From positions 1,550,001 to 1,614,000 of the forward strand of contig NC_043024.1 in the NCBI RefSeq assembly GCF_006345805.1: a DNA stretch of 64,000 bases, read 5' to 3'. The position numbers were made by a program, and so were the translations under genes. Positions 50,181 to 62,602 of the stretch are shown in pieces. The DNA comes from Octopus sinensis (Eukaryota). The notes under the pieces are model-generated. The model worked only from the letters and a program-made list of their open reading frames with translations, did no database searches and was not told the origin of the DNA. Each line of letters opens with the position of its first letter. Positions within the stretch are counted from its first letter, which is position 1.

Positions 50181-52501
50181 GTGAGTGTGGGGCGGACGGC
50201 AGGGGTTGGAGAGAGGTTTGATCTTGTGAGCTCTGGTCTCCCGAGCTCAACGACGGACGTTCACCAAGGTGCAAGGAGGAGAGCAGTGTCTTTTAAAGTC
50301 ACACATTAAACAAGTCCGTGCTGCATGGAAGAAATCATTTGATATCAGGGAGACGCTGTAGAAAAAAGCAAGCGCTTAAAACCAGAAAAACCAAAAAAAA
50401 AAAGAACTGCTATATTAATATATATTAATATATACTGTGTGTGTGCATGATACTTTTAGAGCTTTCAATATCATCTTTACTGCATTCCGATTTCTGCCTG
50501 CTTCCATCAGTAACTTTGCATGACAACTTTTTTCCCTATTCTCTCATTGTTGCAGTTGTTGTTTGATGTTTTTGTAAATATCTTTCGATGTCTCTATGTC
50601 TATTTTTGTTGTTATTGTTTTTGACCTGAACTTTTTATTTGTTTTTTTTTTATTAGATATGATTTTGAATGATTTTTTTTTTAACCCATTTGTTTTGTCA
50701 TCAAGTTTTTTTCTAATTTTCCTCACTTTCCACTAATTAAAATTGTCTGACATGTCTTGTATGTTTGTTTGGCAGCGGGGTGGATGCTGTTTGCAGAGAG
50801 TATTCATGATAGCGATGAGCTGGCAGAATCCTTAGCACAGCAGGTGGTGAGCTGGCAGAAACGTTAGCGTACCGGGCAAAATGCTTAGCGGTATTTCATC
50901 TGCCGTTATGTTCTGAGTTCAAATTCCGCCAAGGTCGACTTTGCCCTTCATCCTTTCGGTGTCGATAAATTAAGTACCAGTTACACACTGGGGTCGATGT
51001 GATCGACTTAATCCGTTTGTCTGTCCTTGTTTGTCCCCTCTATGTTTAGCCCCTTGTGGGTAGTAAAGAAATAAGAATCCTTAGCACAGCAGGCAACAAC
51101 ATGCTTCATAGCAACAAGCATCTGTCTTTATGTTCTGAGTTCAAATTCCACCAAGGTGGACTTTGCCTTTCATTCTTTCAGGGTCGATAAAATAAGAACC
51201 AGCTGAACATTGGGGGTCGATCTAATTGACTTAACCCTTCGAAATTACTGGCCTTGTGCCAAAATTCGGAATCCATATTTGTGATGGTACAGCTTGGATA
51301 AATAAAGGATAGTTTAAGGAAGCAGCACGTCCCGGGAGTTTGTCGGATGTAATGGGTGTGTACACACGTCACTGAGTGTAAGTGTATTTGAAGGAGAGAC
51401 AGACAGACAGACAGACAGACAGAAGTCGCAGTGTTCCAATGATGGAGTGACTGTGAGATCACAAGATGAAATCTTACCATATTCTCTTCACCAAGATATT
51501 ATCAATGCTGGTGCTTCTCTATCTTGCTCCACCCCCACCTCTTCCGTTCTGTCTGTTTGTCTGTCATTGATTAGTCCTGCAAAGTGCCAGCACACAAGCC
51601 CTAAGGCTGTGGCCATGCTGGAGCAGTAACAATGACATTACAAAGTACACTTGTTACTGAAAGGGTCGAAAAAAAACCCCGATAACCATAAGCATCAATT
51701 CTTTCAGGCATTCACCTTTCATCCCTTCAGAGATTAATAATAGAAATACCAGTAATACACCCTACTTCCTCTTAAAACTGATTGTGTGTGTGTGTGTGTG
51801 TGATTATTGTCATGATTGGTGTGTACAGGTTTTCCAAGAAATCGTGTTGAAGTGTAAACGCAAGACTCAGGGAAGATTCATTTTAATCCTACAGCCGTCA
51901 GATTATTGTGTCAAATGTAATGCTTATTTATATACTGGTGGTGCTGTAGCATGGCCACAGCCTTAGGGCTGAAATGTATGAAAGAATAAAAGAATTCTTT
52001 TGAATTAGTCATGCATTATCTCAAAGCTTGGATGTGATTGTTCATTTTTAGAAACGACATTGTAGGGTAAGTGTGAGAGGCAGGATCTAGTCAGTTTGAA
52101 TGTAAAACAGGTTGGATATTTTGGGGCCGGATATGGCTGATGTAAATGCTAAAGAGTTAAATACTGTAGCAAGGTTTAATCTCTGTTTTGGCGAGCACCT
52201 GCTATTATTATCTAACAAACGAGCCCCATTTGATCATAATTCAGTCCCCCTGTGCAACACCTTAAGCAAGTATCTTCTCCCATAGCTCTGTGTTTGTGCA
52301 TGTGTGTATGTAGGTTTTGCGTGTGTGCATAGTGTTTTCTATCAGCTTTGCATCGTCCAAGCCAAAAGGAAAATCAAAGATCAAATAAAACTTATAATGA
52401 TGAGGATGTTATATCAGCTGCTTCTTTTCCATTTTATTTATTTATTTTTTTCTTGTTACATTTAGAATTCACTTTTTTTTTGTATTTTTGGCTTTCTACA
52501 G

Positions 52502-52593
52502 GAAGCTCGTGAAGGACCAGTTACAAAACACATCAGATTAACTGCAGCTTTGATTTTAAGGAATTTATCACGATACTCAACACTTGGCCGAAG
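52502..52593 (+). CDS. ARID2: ARID2 penultimate exon
   Basis: ctacag|GAA...CGAAG|gttggt. Encodes EAREGPVTKHIRLTAALILRNLSRYSTLGRR, the ARID2 hallmark EGP.TKHIRLTAALIL. 92 nt, phase 0 to 2. Confidence 0.95.
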
Positions 52594-53329
52594 GTTGGTA
52601 ACTTTTCCTAAAAACATTACTTAACATTCCATTTCTTTAAAAGTCCGGTACTTATTCTATCAGACCCCTTTTGCCAAACTGCTAAGTTACACCAACACCA
52701 GCCGTCTCTCACCACCACTTGACCACTGGCATTGGTGTGTTCACATCCCCGTAACTTATTGGTTCAGCACAAGGGTCCAATAGAATAAGTACCAGGCTTT
52801 AAAAATAATAAGGTTCTGGGGTCAATCCATTCCACTAAAAATTCTTCAAGGTGGTGCCCCAGCATGGCCACAGTCTAATGAATAAAAGATAAAATGCCTT
52901 GTTCTATTTTAGCTTTCTTTCAACTGAGCTAGACGGGGGTTTCCAATATTTTGAAGGTGCATCCCACCGTAAACTGCATACGATCAACAATCAGTAATCC
53001 CTCTTTGGCCACCTTAAACAGTCCCTCTTAGTTTGGTCACCTCAGTCAATATCTTTTTTGCCTGCCACAAACAATACGTCTCCAGCCACCAGAGACACTC
53101 GATATCTTTGCCCATCATCACAAACGGTTAATATCTCTTCATTCAACCAAATGTTAACTGTTTCTCTGCTGCCCTCAATCTGTAGAAGCATCAAGAATCT
53201 TTTGCAAATAATCATTCCATTTTCTTTCCTTCCTTTCTATTTTCTATCGTAATATTTTGTTTGTAATTTTATTGTTTATTACATATTTTCTATTTGTTTT
53301 ATCTCGTCAATATCATGTTATTATATAAG

Positions 53330-54070
53330 ATGGCAGAATCGTTAGCATGCCAGGTGAAATGCATAACGCTATTTTGTCTGTCGTTATGTTCTGAGTTCAA
53401 ATTCCGCTGAGGTCGACTTTGCCTTTCATCCTTTCGGGGGTCGATTAAATAAGTACCGGTTACGCACTGGGGTCGATATAATCAACTTAATCCGTTTGTC
53501 TGTCCTTGTTTGTCCCTTCTGTGTTTAGCACCTTGTGGGTAGTAAAGAAATAGGTAGTTCACCTGTTTTTATGTGGAAGGCGGTGAGTTAGCAGAATCGT
53601 TAGCACGCCAGGCGAAATGCTTAGTGGTATTTCATCTGCCATTACATTCTGAGTTCAAGTTCTGCTGAGGTCGACTTTGCCTTTCATCCTTTTGGGGTCG
53701 ATTAAATAAGTACCGGTTACGCACTGGGGTCGATGCAATCGACTTAATCCATTTGTCTGTCCTTGTTTGTCCCTTCTGTGTTTAGCCCCTTGTGGGTAGT
53801 AAAGAAATAGGTATTTCGTCTGCCGTTACATTCTGAGTTCAAGTTCCGCTGAGGTCAAGTTTGCCTTTCATCCTTTCGGGGTCGATTAAATAAGTACCAG
53901 TTACGCACTGGGGTCGAAATAATCGACTTAATCCGTTTGTCTGTCCTTGTTTGTCCTCTCTGTGTTTAGCCCCTTGTGGGTAGTAAAGAAATAGGTATTT
54001 CGTCCACTTTTCTGTTCTGGGTTTAAATTGTGCTGGGGTCAGTAAAATGAGTACCGGTTAAACTCTGGGG
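53330..54070 (+). mobile_element. Tandem cluster of three to four SINE family B copies
   Basis: Repeated CTGAGGTCGACTTTGCCTTTCATCC...GTAGTAAAGAAATAGGTA units, directly upstream of the last ARID2 exon. Confidence 0.8.
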
Positions 54071-54144
54071 TTGTTTTATCTCGTCAATATCTTTGTCATT
54101 ATGTAATGTGTAATTTGTTTTTTTTCTTTTTCTCTCTTTTTCAG

Positions 54145-54250
54145 ATTAATGAAGAAGCATGAAACCTATCTGGGCTACACTGCAATGAGCGCAGTGGAGT
54201 CCTCCAATGCATTAGCTAACTGCCTTTGGGAAATCCTCGAGCACCATTAG
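54145..54250 (+). CDS. ARID2: ARID2 last coding exon
   Basis: tttcag|A TTA ATG AAG AAG CAT GAA...CAC CAT TAG. Encodes LMKKHETYLGYTAMSAVESSNALANCLWEILEHH* (compare LLKRHE...EASSTLAKCLYEL). Confidence 0.93.
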
Positions 54251-54339
54251 CAGGCCGTGACCAGTCACCCACCTGCTTGCTCTTTCTTACACCTCCTCTG
54301 ACCCATTCATCTATTTCACCCCTGCTGGTATAATTTCTC

Positions 54340-54372
<33 letters not shown>

Positions 54373-55473
54373 CTTCTTCCTTTCTCACATCATCTCATCA
54401 ACAAATAAAAAAAAAAGAAAATAGTGTATATGACATCACTTGACCAAACATCTTCATAATCTGTTTTTTAAAAGCTCTGTGTGCGTATGTATGTATGCAC
54501 GTGTGTGTGTGTGTGTGTGTGTATAGTGTGTCTTCATCTTTATTTTTTATTTTTAGCTGCGAGTATGGTTTGTTACATGTGTCACTGAGCCATTTGATCC
54601 CCAAAATATTAAAAAAAAAAAAGAGCCCCCCCCCCTGCTTACCTTCTACATACCATACGGACCCCCGTCATCATTTTGCCTGTCAAGTCAGTATTTTGTA
54701 CAAAGTGTCTCTTTTTAGCCTTTTAGACATCACCAAACACACCAGTCCACTCTGACCCCCACCACACACACACACACACACATACTTGATTAAACTACTT
54801 CTACTAACACTACTACTACTACTACAAGTACTACTACTACTACTACTACTACAACTTCTACGTTCATAGGGGGAACATCACAACACACATTTGTGACAAC
54901 CACCGCTTACTCATTGTATTTAACCATTTTTTTTTCTTTTTCCTTTTTCTTTTGGAAAGAGAGAAAGAAGCAAAAAGGACAAAAACAATATATTAATAAA
55001 AAAAAAAGAAAAAATAATAATAATAATTATAAAATGGCACTTAAACACGGATACCATCGTATACATACACGTACATACACACAGACATGTACATACATTT
55101 AACAATAATAGTAATGATTATTATTGTTATTATTATTAAAGAAAATTATATATGTGTGTATATATGTACACACACGTATATATATATGTATACACACACA
55201 CACACATATACATACATATACATACACACATGTACATGTTTGCGTTTATGTCTGTATGTACATGTATGTGTATGTGTGTGTGTGTGTCAGGAAAAAACTT
55301 CGGCAAAAGTGAGAGAACGAACTAATGTTGCCACTTTTCATTTAAAGAAGATTTAAAAAAAAAAAAAATTTGTTCTGTTGTAGCAAAAGTTTAATTTTTT
55401 TTTTTTTTTTTTTTGCATTCATGGGAATTGAAGGACTTTAACATGTGTCATTTTTCTAAAACTCGATTTCAAA

Positions 55474-55479
55474 AATAAA
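55474..55479 (+). terminator. Candidate ARID2 polyadenylation signal
   Basis: AATAAA followed by U-rich sequence, just before SINE-dense DNA resumes near 55600. Alternative AATAAA at 54404 and 54995. Confidence 0.35.
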
Positions 55480-55996
55480 TTTAATCTATGAGATAAACTA
55501 AAGCCAAACTGCTTGGTTTTTTAAATCAATGTTTTAATTTTTAAAAAAAGAATTTTTTTTTTCTGTTTGAAATTTTACCGTTTGTCTTTTATTTCCAGCC
55601 TTTTACTTGTTTCACTCTTTTGACTGTGGCCATGCTGGGGTTGATTCATCTGGCTAAAGACTCAAGATAGTGCCCCAGCATGGCCACAGTCAAATGACTG
55701 AAACAGATAAAGAGATGAAAAAAGGAAACTATATCACTGTCATTGTCATCATCATCATCACCATTGCTTTAAGCTTTTAAGTACTCAAACCAGCCATATC
55801 TGGCCCAGATGGTCTCCCTCTTCTATGTTCAGACTGACCAGATGCATCCTCTCACACCTACCCTAACATTAAAACAGTTACAGCATTGAAATCTTAAAGC
55901 TACGAGACCATCATCATTTAACGTCTGTTTTCCATGCTGGCATGGATTAGACAGTTTGACTGGAAACCGGTCAGCTGCATCAGGTTCCAATCTGAT

Positions 55997-56440
55997 TTGG
56001 CATCATCATCATTGTTCGACCGTGGTCGAGACAAAGGAATTTACTATGTTACGCCAGACTTCATGGTCCAACATAGCATTACGGAGGTCCTGTTGCTGGA
56101 TGCCTGTATCCCTGGAGATTACATCAGGGTAGGAGAGTGTGCGCCCTCTGGTATCGCGAGCAGATGGCTTCCAGAGGAGAAGAGTAGAAATTAAACAATG
56201 TCCAGCAAACTGGACTCTTCTACCTTTCACGAGAGATGATACAGGTGGTAGTTTCCCATATATTTGCACTTTGGTTGGATGCCGCTTCCATGAGAGATTT
56301 AGAGCTCTCGTAAGGAGGCGAGTGTAGGTTCCATCCAACCGCCTCTCAAGCTTCTTTGATTATGTCCAGGTTTCTGAGCCATATAGTAGAATTGGTTCGA
56401 CTGTGGCTTTGAAGATTTTAAGTTTGAAATCTCTACTTAG
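55997..56440 (-). mobile_element. 5'-truncated RTE-type LINE 3' end with (GAT)n tail
   Basis: KIFKATVEPILLYGSETWT*SKKLERRLDGTYTRLLTRALNLSWK...RRVQFAGHC...DLRNAMLDHEVWRNIV. Contains an in-frame stop and ends in a GAT tail. Confidence 0.8.
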
Positions 56441-58413
56441 AGCTTCTACAGCTGGATGCCCTCCCTAATGCCAAGCCTTACATTTGACTGAGTAATCTGA
56501 ATGCTTAAAGGGCTAATGTCTACTTCCCCATGCTCTGCCACAGATTCACACTTGATGCAGTCTTTAACAAAGATGAGTTACATTGATCCGCATTTTCCTT
56601 ACAACCTATGATAAAATTACTCAGTGTTTTGCGTCTGTCCCTCATATCTTGTATAATCAAAAGCAAAAGAACTTTTCTATTGACATTGGTCTCGTTTGTA
56701 ATCTGTACATATTTCGTTATCTATTTAAGTAGTTGTAATGATTTAAACGTAAAAAATATTCAGGTTAAGTGAAATTCAAATCAGTATTAATATTGATATC
56801 AATTTGTTTTTTAGCTCAAGGTCAGCAGTTTCAAAAATGAAATCGCTGACGTGGCCAATGACGGTGCCGCCTGATTGGCACTTGTGCCAGTAGAATGTTA
56901 AAAGCACATCCGAGCATGATCGTTGCCAGAGCAATGGATTTGCTCCCTTGCTAGTGACACGTGAAAAGCACCATTTGAGTGTGATCGTTGCTAGCATTGC
57001 TTTACTGGCACATGTGCTGGTGGCACGTGAAAAACAACATTCGAGCGTGGTCGCTGCTAGTGTTGCCGGACTGGCTCCTGTGCAGGTAGCACGTAGAAAA
57101 CGCTTTTGAGTGTGGTTGTTGCCAGAACCGCCTGACTGACCCTCGTGCTGGTGGCACATAAAAGCACCCACTACACTCGCGGAGTGGTTGGCGTTAGGAA
57201 GAGCATTCAGCTGTAGAAACTTTGCCAGATCAGATTGAGCCTGGTGCAGCCATCTGGCTCACCAGTCCTCAGTCAAACCGTCCAACCCATGGCAGCATGG
57301 AAAGCAGACGTTAAACGATGATGATGATGATGAAAGGCAAAGTTGACTGCAGTGGAATTTGAACTCAGAACATAAAGACAGACAAAATACTGCTAAACAT
57401 GTTACCCATTGTGCTAACAATTTTGCCAGCTCGCAGCCTTCTCATCAGCATTGATATTAATAAGGGTTTCAAATTATGGCACAAGGCCAGCAATAATTTA
57501 AGGGTCAGTTTTAGTTGATCTCATTGGCCTCAGTACTAGATTGATATTTAATTTTGCCAACCCTGAAATGACGAAAAGCAAAGTTGGTGTTTGCAGAATT
57601 TGAACTCAGACTTATTCTCTGTAAGCCTAGTACTTATTCTAGCGGTCACTTTTGCTGAACTGCTAAGTTATGGGGATGTAAACACACCAACATCGGTTGT
57701 CAAGCGATGGTGGCAAGACAAACACAGACACACAAATGCATACATATATATATATATATGTATGACGGGCTTCTTTCAGTTTCTGTCTACTAAATCTACT
57801 CACAAGGCTTTGGTTGACCCAAGGCTATAGTAGAAGACACTTGCCCAAGGTACCATGCAGTGGGACTGAACCCAGAACCACGTGGTTGTGAAGCAAGCTT
57901 CTTTAAATGCTGAAGGGTTGACTTGGAGAAACCAGCCACTCACTTGGTTACCTACACTCTTTTCTTTTATTCTTTTACTTGTTTCAGTTATCAGACTGCT
58001 GCCATGCTGGAGCACCGCCTTAAAGGTTTTTTTTTAAATCAAAGAAATCAACCCCTGGACTTATTCTTTGTAAGCTTAGTATTTGTTCTATTGGTCCCTT
58101 TTCCATCTTGCTGATTTGGATATAAAAAAGGGGAGAAATATTTGGGCTTGATTTGGCCTGTTTAAATGCTAAATGATTTAGGATTCGGGGAATAGTCATA
58201 AATTTAATGAAGTACTAATTAAGGAATTTGACAAGAAGGAGGAGGAGATAGAAACTGGTGATTTAGAGGAGAACCGGAAGTTCCTTTAGGACAACCATTG
58301 AGGGCTACCGACCAAATCTGTAGCTGGTGCATGGTTCTAGCCATGGTTCTAGCCATGGTAGGGGATCAGTGAAATTGATTCAATAAATAAACACACCCAA
58401 ACTGTAAGCTATT

Positions 58414-58796
58414 ACTCTTTTACTTGTTTCAGTCATTGGACTGCGGCCATGCTGGAGCACCGCCTTTAGTCGAGCAACTCGACCCCGGGACTTATTCTTT
58501 GTAAGCCCAGTACTTATTCTATTGGTCTGTTTTGCCGAACCGCTAAGTTACAGGGACGCAAACACACCAGCATCGGTTGTCAAGCAATGCTAGGGGGACA
58601 GACACACAAACACACACATACACATACATATATACGACAGGCTTCTTTCAGTTTCCGTCTACCAAATCCACTCACAAGGCATTGGTTGGCCCGGGGCTAT
58701 AGTAGAAGACACTTGCCCAAGGTGCCACGCAGTGGGACTGAACCCAGAACCATGTAGTTTGTAAGCAAGCTACTTACCACACAGCCACTCCTGCGC
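58414..58796 (-). mobile_element. SINE family A, full-length reverse copy
   Basis: Reverse complement closely matches 35873-36300. Confidence 0.85.
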
Positions 58797-61136
58797 CCCA
58801 AAATACTCTTAAATAAAAATGAAAGGAAGCCGGAAATGTAATTTAAAAGAAAGACACCATGCCTGTCCATAAGCTAAGAGGCAGCAATTATTCGCCTGTT
58901 GGACCAAATGCTCAGCAGCGTTCCTTCAAGCTCTTTAGGCTCTGAGTTCAAATCCTGTTGGGGTCAATTTTACCTTTCATTCCTTTTATCATCATCATCA
59001 TCATCATCAAATAGAGTCTAATTTGCCATGCTTGCAGGGTGGATTGGTTGGAGATTATTTGAGGCAGGTTTTCTCCAGCCGGATGTTTTTCCTGTTGCTA
59101 ACCCTCACCTGTGTCCCCAAGTAAGATAACGATTTCCTGATGGTCAGGCATGTTTACACAGAATATTGGACATGACTGACACTGCTTGTATGACAGGGAC
59201 ACTCATTTACGACTACCATGTGGTGCCTAGTCAAGAAGACACAAGCACGCGCACACACATATACCTATACACACACACACACACACACATACATATATAT
59301 ATATATGTTCATTTAGTCTTTTACTTGTTTCAGTCATCTGACTGTGGCCATGCTGGAGCATTGTCTTGAAGTACTTGTTGTATCAGTCTCTTTGCTGAAC
59401 CACTGAGTTACGGGGATGTAAACACACCAACACCGGTTGTCAAGTGATGATGAGGGGGGACAAACACACACACATGTATGTATATATATATATGATGGGC
59501 TTCTTTCAGTTTCTGTCTACCAATTCCATTCGCAAGGCTTTTGTGTTGGCCCGAGGTTATAACTATATATAGACACTTGCCCAAGGTGCCACACAGTGGG
59601 ACTGAACCTGGAGCCATGATGATATATATCACCATCATCATCATCATTTAACATCCATTGTCCATATTGACATGGGTTGGATGGTTTGACCAGAACTGGC
59701 CAAGCTGGAGACCTGTAACAGGTTCCAGCCTGATTCCACTTGGTTTCTATGGCTGGATGGCACATGGCTTGGTGGTTTGGGTGCTGGACTCATGATTATA
59801 AGATCGCGGTTTCGATTCCTGGATCAGGTAATGCATTTCACGTTGCACCAGTGCACTCGGCCAGCAAAAAGGAGTAACCCTGTGATGGTGGAGAATAAAT
59901 ATATAAACCGGATATATAAATATATCAGCGGTTGTGCCCCAGCATGGCTGCGGCCTTCGGGCTAAAACATTTTTAAGGATTTAAGGACACCGTGGAAGCC
60001 AGGAAACGGGCCCTTATGAGTCAGTATGGCTTAAGAAGAAGGTAACTTTAGCTTTTCTGGCTGATCGACCTTCTGACCACCAACCACTTTATGGAGCGTA
60101 CTGGGTGCTTTTTAGGTGCTACTTGCATGGGTGCTTTTGACATAGCACTGACACAAGGTCCTTGTGGGTCAATCCTCTTCAGCAAGGGGAATCGGATCGA
60201 CTCTTCTACTGTGGAGGACAGATCTTCTTGAATACAGCAAAGTGCTTGATGTTTTCCTTTTTGAACAGCTCAAGTATCCAAGCACTGCAATCGACATAGT
60301 TGACTTTCCCCCTCCCCTCAAAATTTCTGCTGTCAAACCCTGCAATGGAGAAGTTTTCCCTTCGAGGCGTAATGCTGTGATCTCAGTCACATTTCCATTA
60401 CCATGGAAACTGGGTGGCTAGACTGATCAGTCCCAAGGCTGAAAAAGAACATTTATTAATAGAAAAAAAAACAATACAACAAAAAAATAATTCAAACACT
60501 GTTTGGCAATTTCATATTTTATTTGTGATATAATACCATTTTATACTGTATATATATATATATATATACATATATATATAAATATATATACATAGATAGA
60601 TAGAGATAGAAAAATATATACTTTATTTAGCAGATTTGATTGTTAGTAAGTCATGCAGTAGTCAAGTTATGGGTACGTACACACACAGAGAAATATGCTT
60701 TGTTTAACAGGTTCTGTCGTTGGTAAGTCATAAAGCAGTTATGGATATGAAGAACACAGTTTCTTGGTGAATTAGAAGGAGTCTCTGAGAAAGGAATCTT
60801 GTATTTTTTTCCTACTTTGTTGAGAAGAATATGTCTTGCTTTGACGTCTCTCTGGAGTTACCCAAGAAATTATTCTCACCACCAAATACATAATATATAT
60901 ATATATATATATATATTGATAGAAATGGTAAGACAACAAAAGAATGAAAGAGACCTCGATATTATGTAAATAGAGGAATTTATCTGTAGTAAATGTAATA
61001 TGTGACAATTATTCAGTAGCTATGATAAAACTCTGAGTTTTATCATGGCTACCAAATAATTGTCCCATATTACATTTAGATATATATATATAAAGTTAAT
61101 CCAAACATGAAAACACAAAGAGAAGACACAACAACG

Positions 61137-61490
61137 TGAGGACGTGGAACGAGTATAGTGTTATTGGACGCTCAGAAAAGGAAAGAAAGAAGGAGGATTT
61201 AACATTTCGAGCGGAGCTCTTTGTCAGAAACATAGGCAAAGGAAAGATCCAAGGAAGGGAAGACGGAGGGAAAAAAATCTCCAACGGTATATATACATAT
61301 AAGAACTTCTGTTCTTTCAACATGTGATCTCTTGAGCACCACCAGCAAAAATATTTTTTTCCTCTGTCTTCCCTTCTTGGGATCTTTCCTTCTCCTTGTT
61401 TCCGACGAAGAGCTCCGCTCAAAACGTTAAACCCTCCTTCCCTTCTTTCCTGAGCGTCAAATAATACTTTAATTGTTCCATGTCCTGCGT
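61137..61490. mobile_element. Inverted pair of Penelope-like termini with two defective hammerhead motifs
   Basis: Imperfect inverted arms of roughly 140 nt (about 61137-61277 and 61353-61490). Motifs GTTT-CTGACaAAGAGCTCCGCTCGAAAtGTT-AAAT (minus, 61197-61231) and GTTT-CcGACGAAGAGCTCCGCTCaAAACGTT-AAAC (plus, 61398-61432). Confidence 0.6.
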
Positions 61491-61754
61491 TGCTGTGTTT
61501 TTTTCTCTTTTTTTCTGTGTTTTCTTGTTTGGATTAACTATATATATATTTGTATATAAGTGTGTGTGTATATACATTGGATTTAATGTAGAAAGTTTTG
61601 TCAAATTTTCGGTAGATATTAGTATATTTCTTGTTTTTATCAAAATGATTTGAGGTGTGGGGAGGGGATTAACATTTTGAGTAGTGTGTGTGTGTGTGTG
61701 CTGATAGAAAATTGAAATCAAAATAAAAAGGACCAAGAACCAAACAGCAAAGAA

Positions 61755-62003
61755 TTAGTTGCACTGTTGTATGGAACAAGCAAGTGGATTCTTCAGTATC
61801 CAAATCTCAATGCGCTGTCCAAAGGTTGGACCGTGACCTCTGAATACTGACAGGTAGTATTGGTCCGTGACGTAAGAGAGTTGTTTAGAAGTGAGATCGT
61901 TGCTAAAGTGTTGGTAGAGGAAATCCATGGCATTGTTGGCAAATCCATAAAATGCTTTCACGTAGACCTCCATATCAGTGAGCAATTCCAGCAAAACATT
62001 TGG
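61755..62003 (-). CDS. Terminal coding exon of a SOUL/HEBP2-family heme-binding protein (convergent gene; upstream exons outside window)
   Basis: Minus strand ctaat...ctctttgcag|CCA AAT GTT...AAC TAA. Encodes PNVLLELLTDMEVYVKAFYGFA...QYYLSVFRGHGPTFGQRIEIWILKNP, matching the recalled SOUL pattern DVFIE...MTVFVRSFDGF...YYTAGYNSP...RNNEVW. Confidence 0.8.
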   Translation of the reverse strand, partial: PNVLLELLTDMEVYVKAFYGFANNAMDFLYQHFSNDLTSKQLSYVTDQYYLSVFRGHGPTFGQRIEIWILKNPLACSIQQCN

Positions 62004-62602
62004 CTGCAAAGAGAGATTAGAAATGGATAGTTGAGTATATATGATAAGTGGATATCAAGGTATATATAATATATATATATAGATATGTGAATATTAGAGT
62101 GTGTATATATATATATAAATGGGTGAATGAATTATCCTTTGTTTACATTGTTTATTCCTTTGGAATAAAACCAATGTTGTCTTTGAAACATATGTCGAAA
62201 GTAAATGAATTTGAATAGCATCAGCGTTCAACTCCATTTTGAAAACCATCTTCTGCAAGTTCTTTCATTCAATAAGCTACCAGGTGTATACAGTTTATCA
62301 CCATCATCGTTTAACGTCTGCTTTCCATGCTAGCATGGGTTGGACGATTTGACTGAGGGCTGGCGAACCAGATGGCTGCACCAGGCTTCAATCTTGATAT
62401 GGCATCATATAATTATAATAATAATAATAATAATATTATATAAATATATATTTATGTATTGAGACACGTGGGATGGAGAGTCACTGAAGAGGTCACAGGA
62501 GATGTGACAAAAGATTTCCAGATAAAAGACATAAAATGTTTGTTTGTTTTTGTTTTTCCAGTTTCAGCTCTTGAGCTGTGGCCATGCTGGGGCACCGCCA
62601 TT

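Noticed and set aside
60430-60457. Minus-strand acceptor TTCTTTTTCAG as a coding exon start
   Set aside because: All three frames stop within 17 codons, and the adjacent AATAAA suggests a poly(A) region instead.
62484-62515. CTGAAGA-G-GTCAC aggagat GTGAC-AAAAG
   Set aside because: Stem II is present but there is no GAAA with stem III and a UH site. At most a dead relic.
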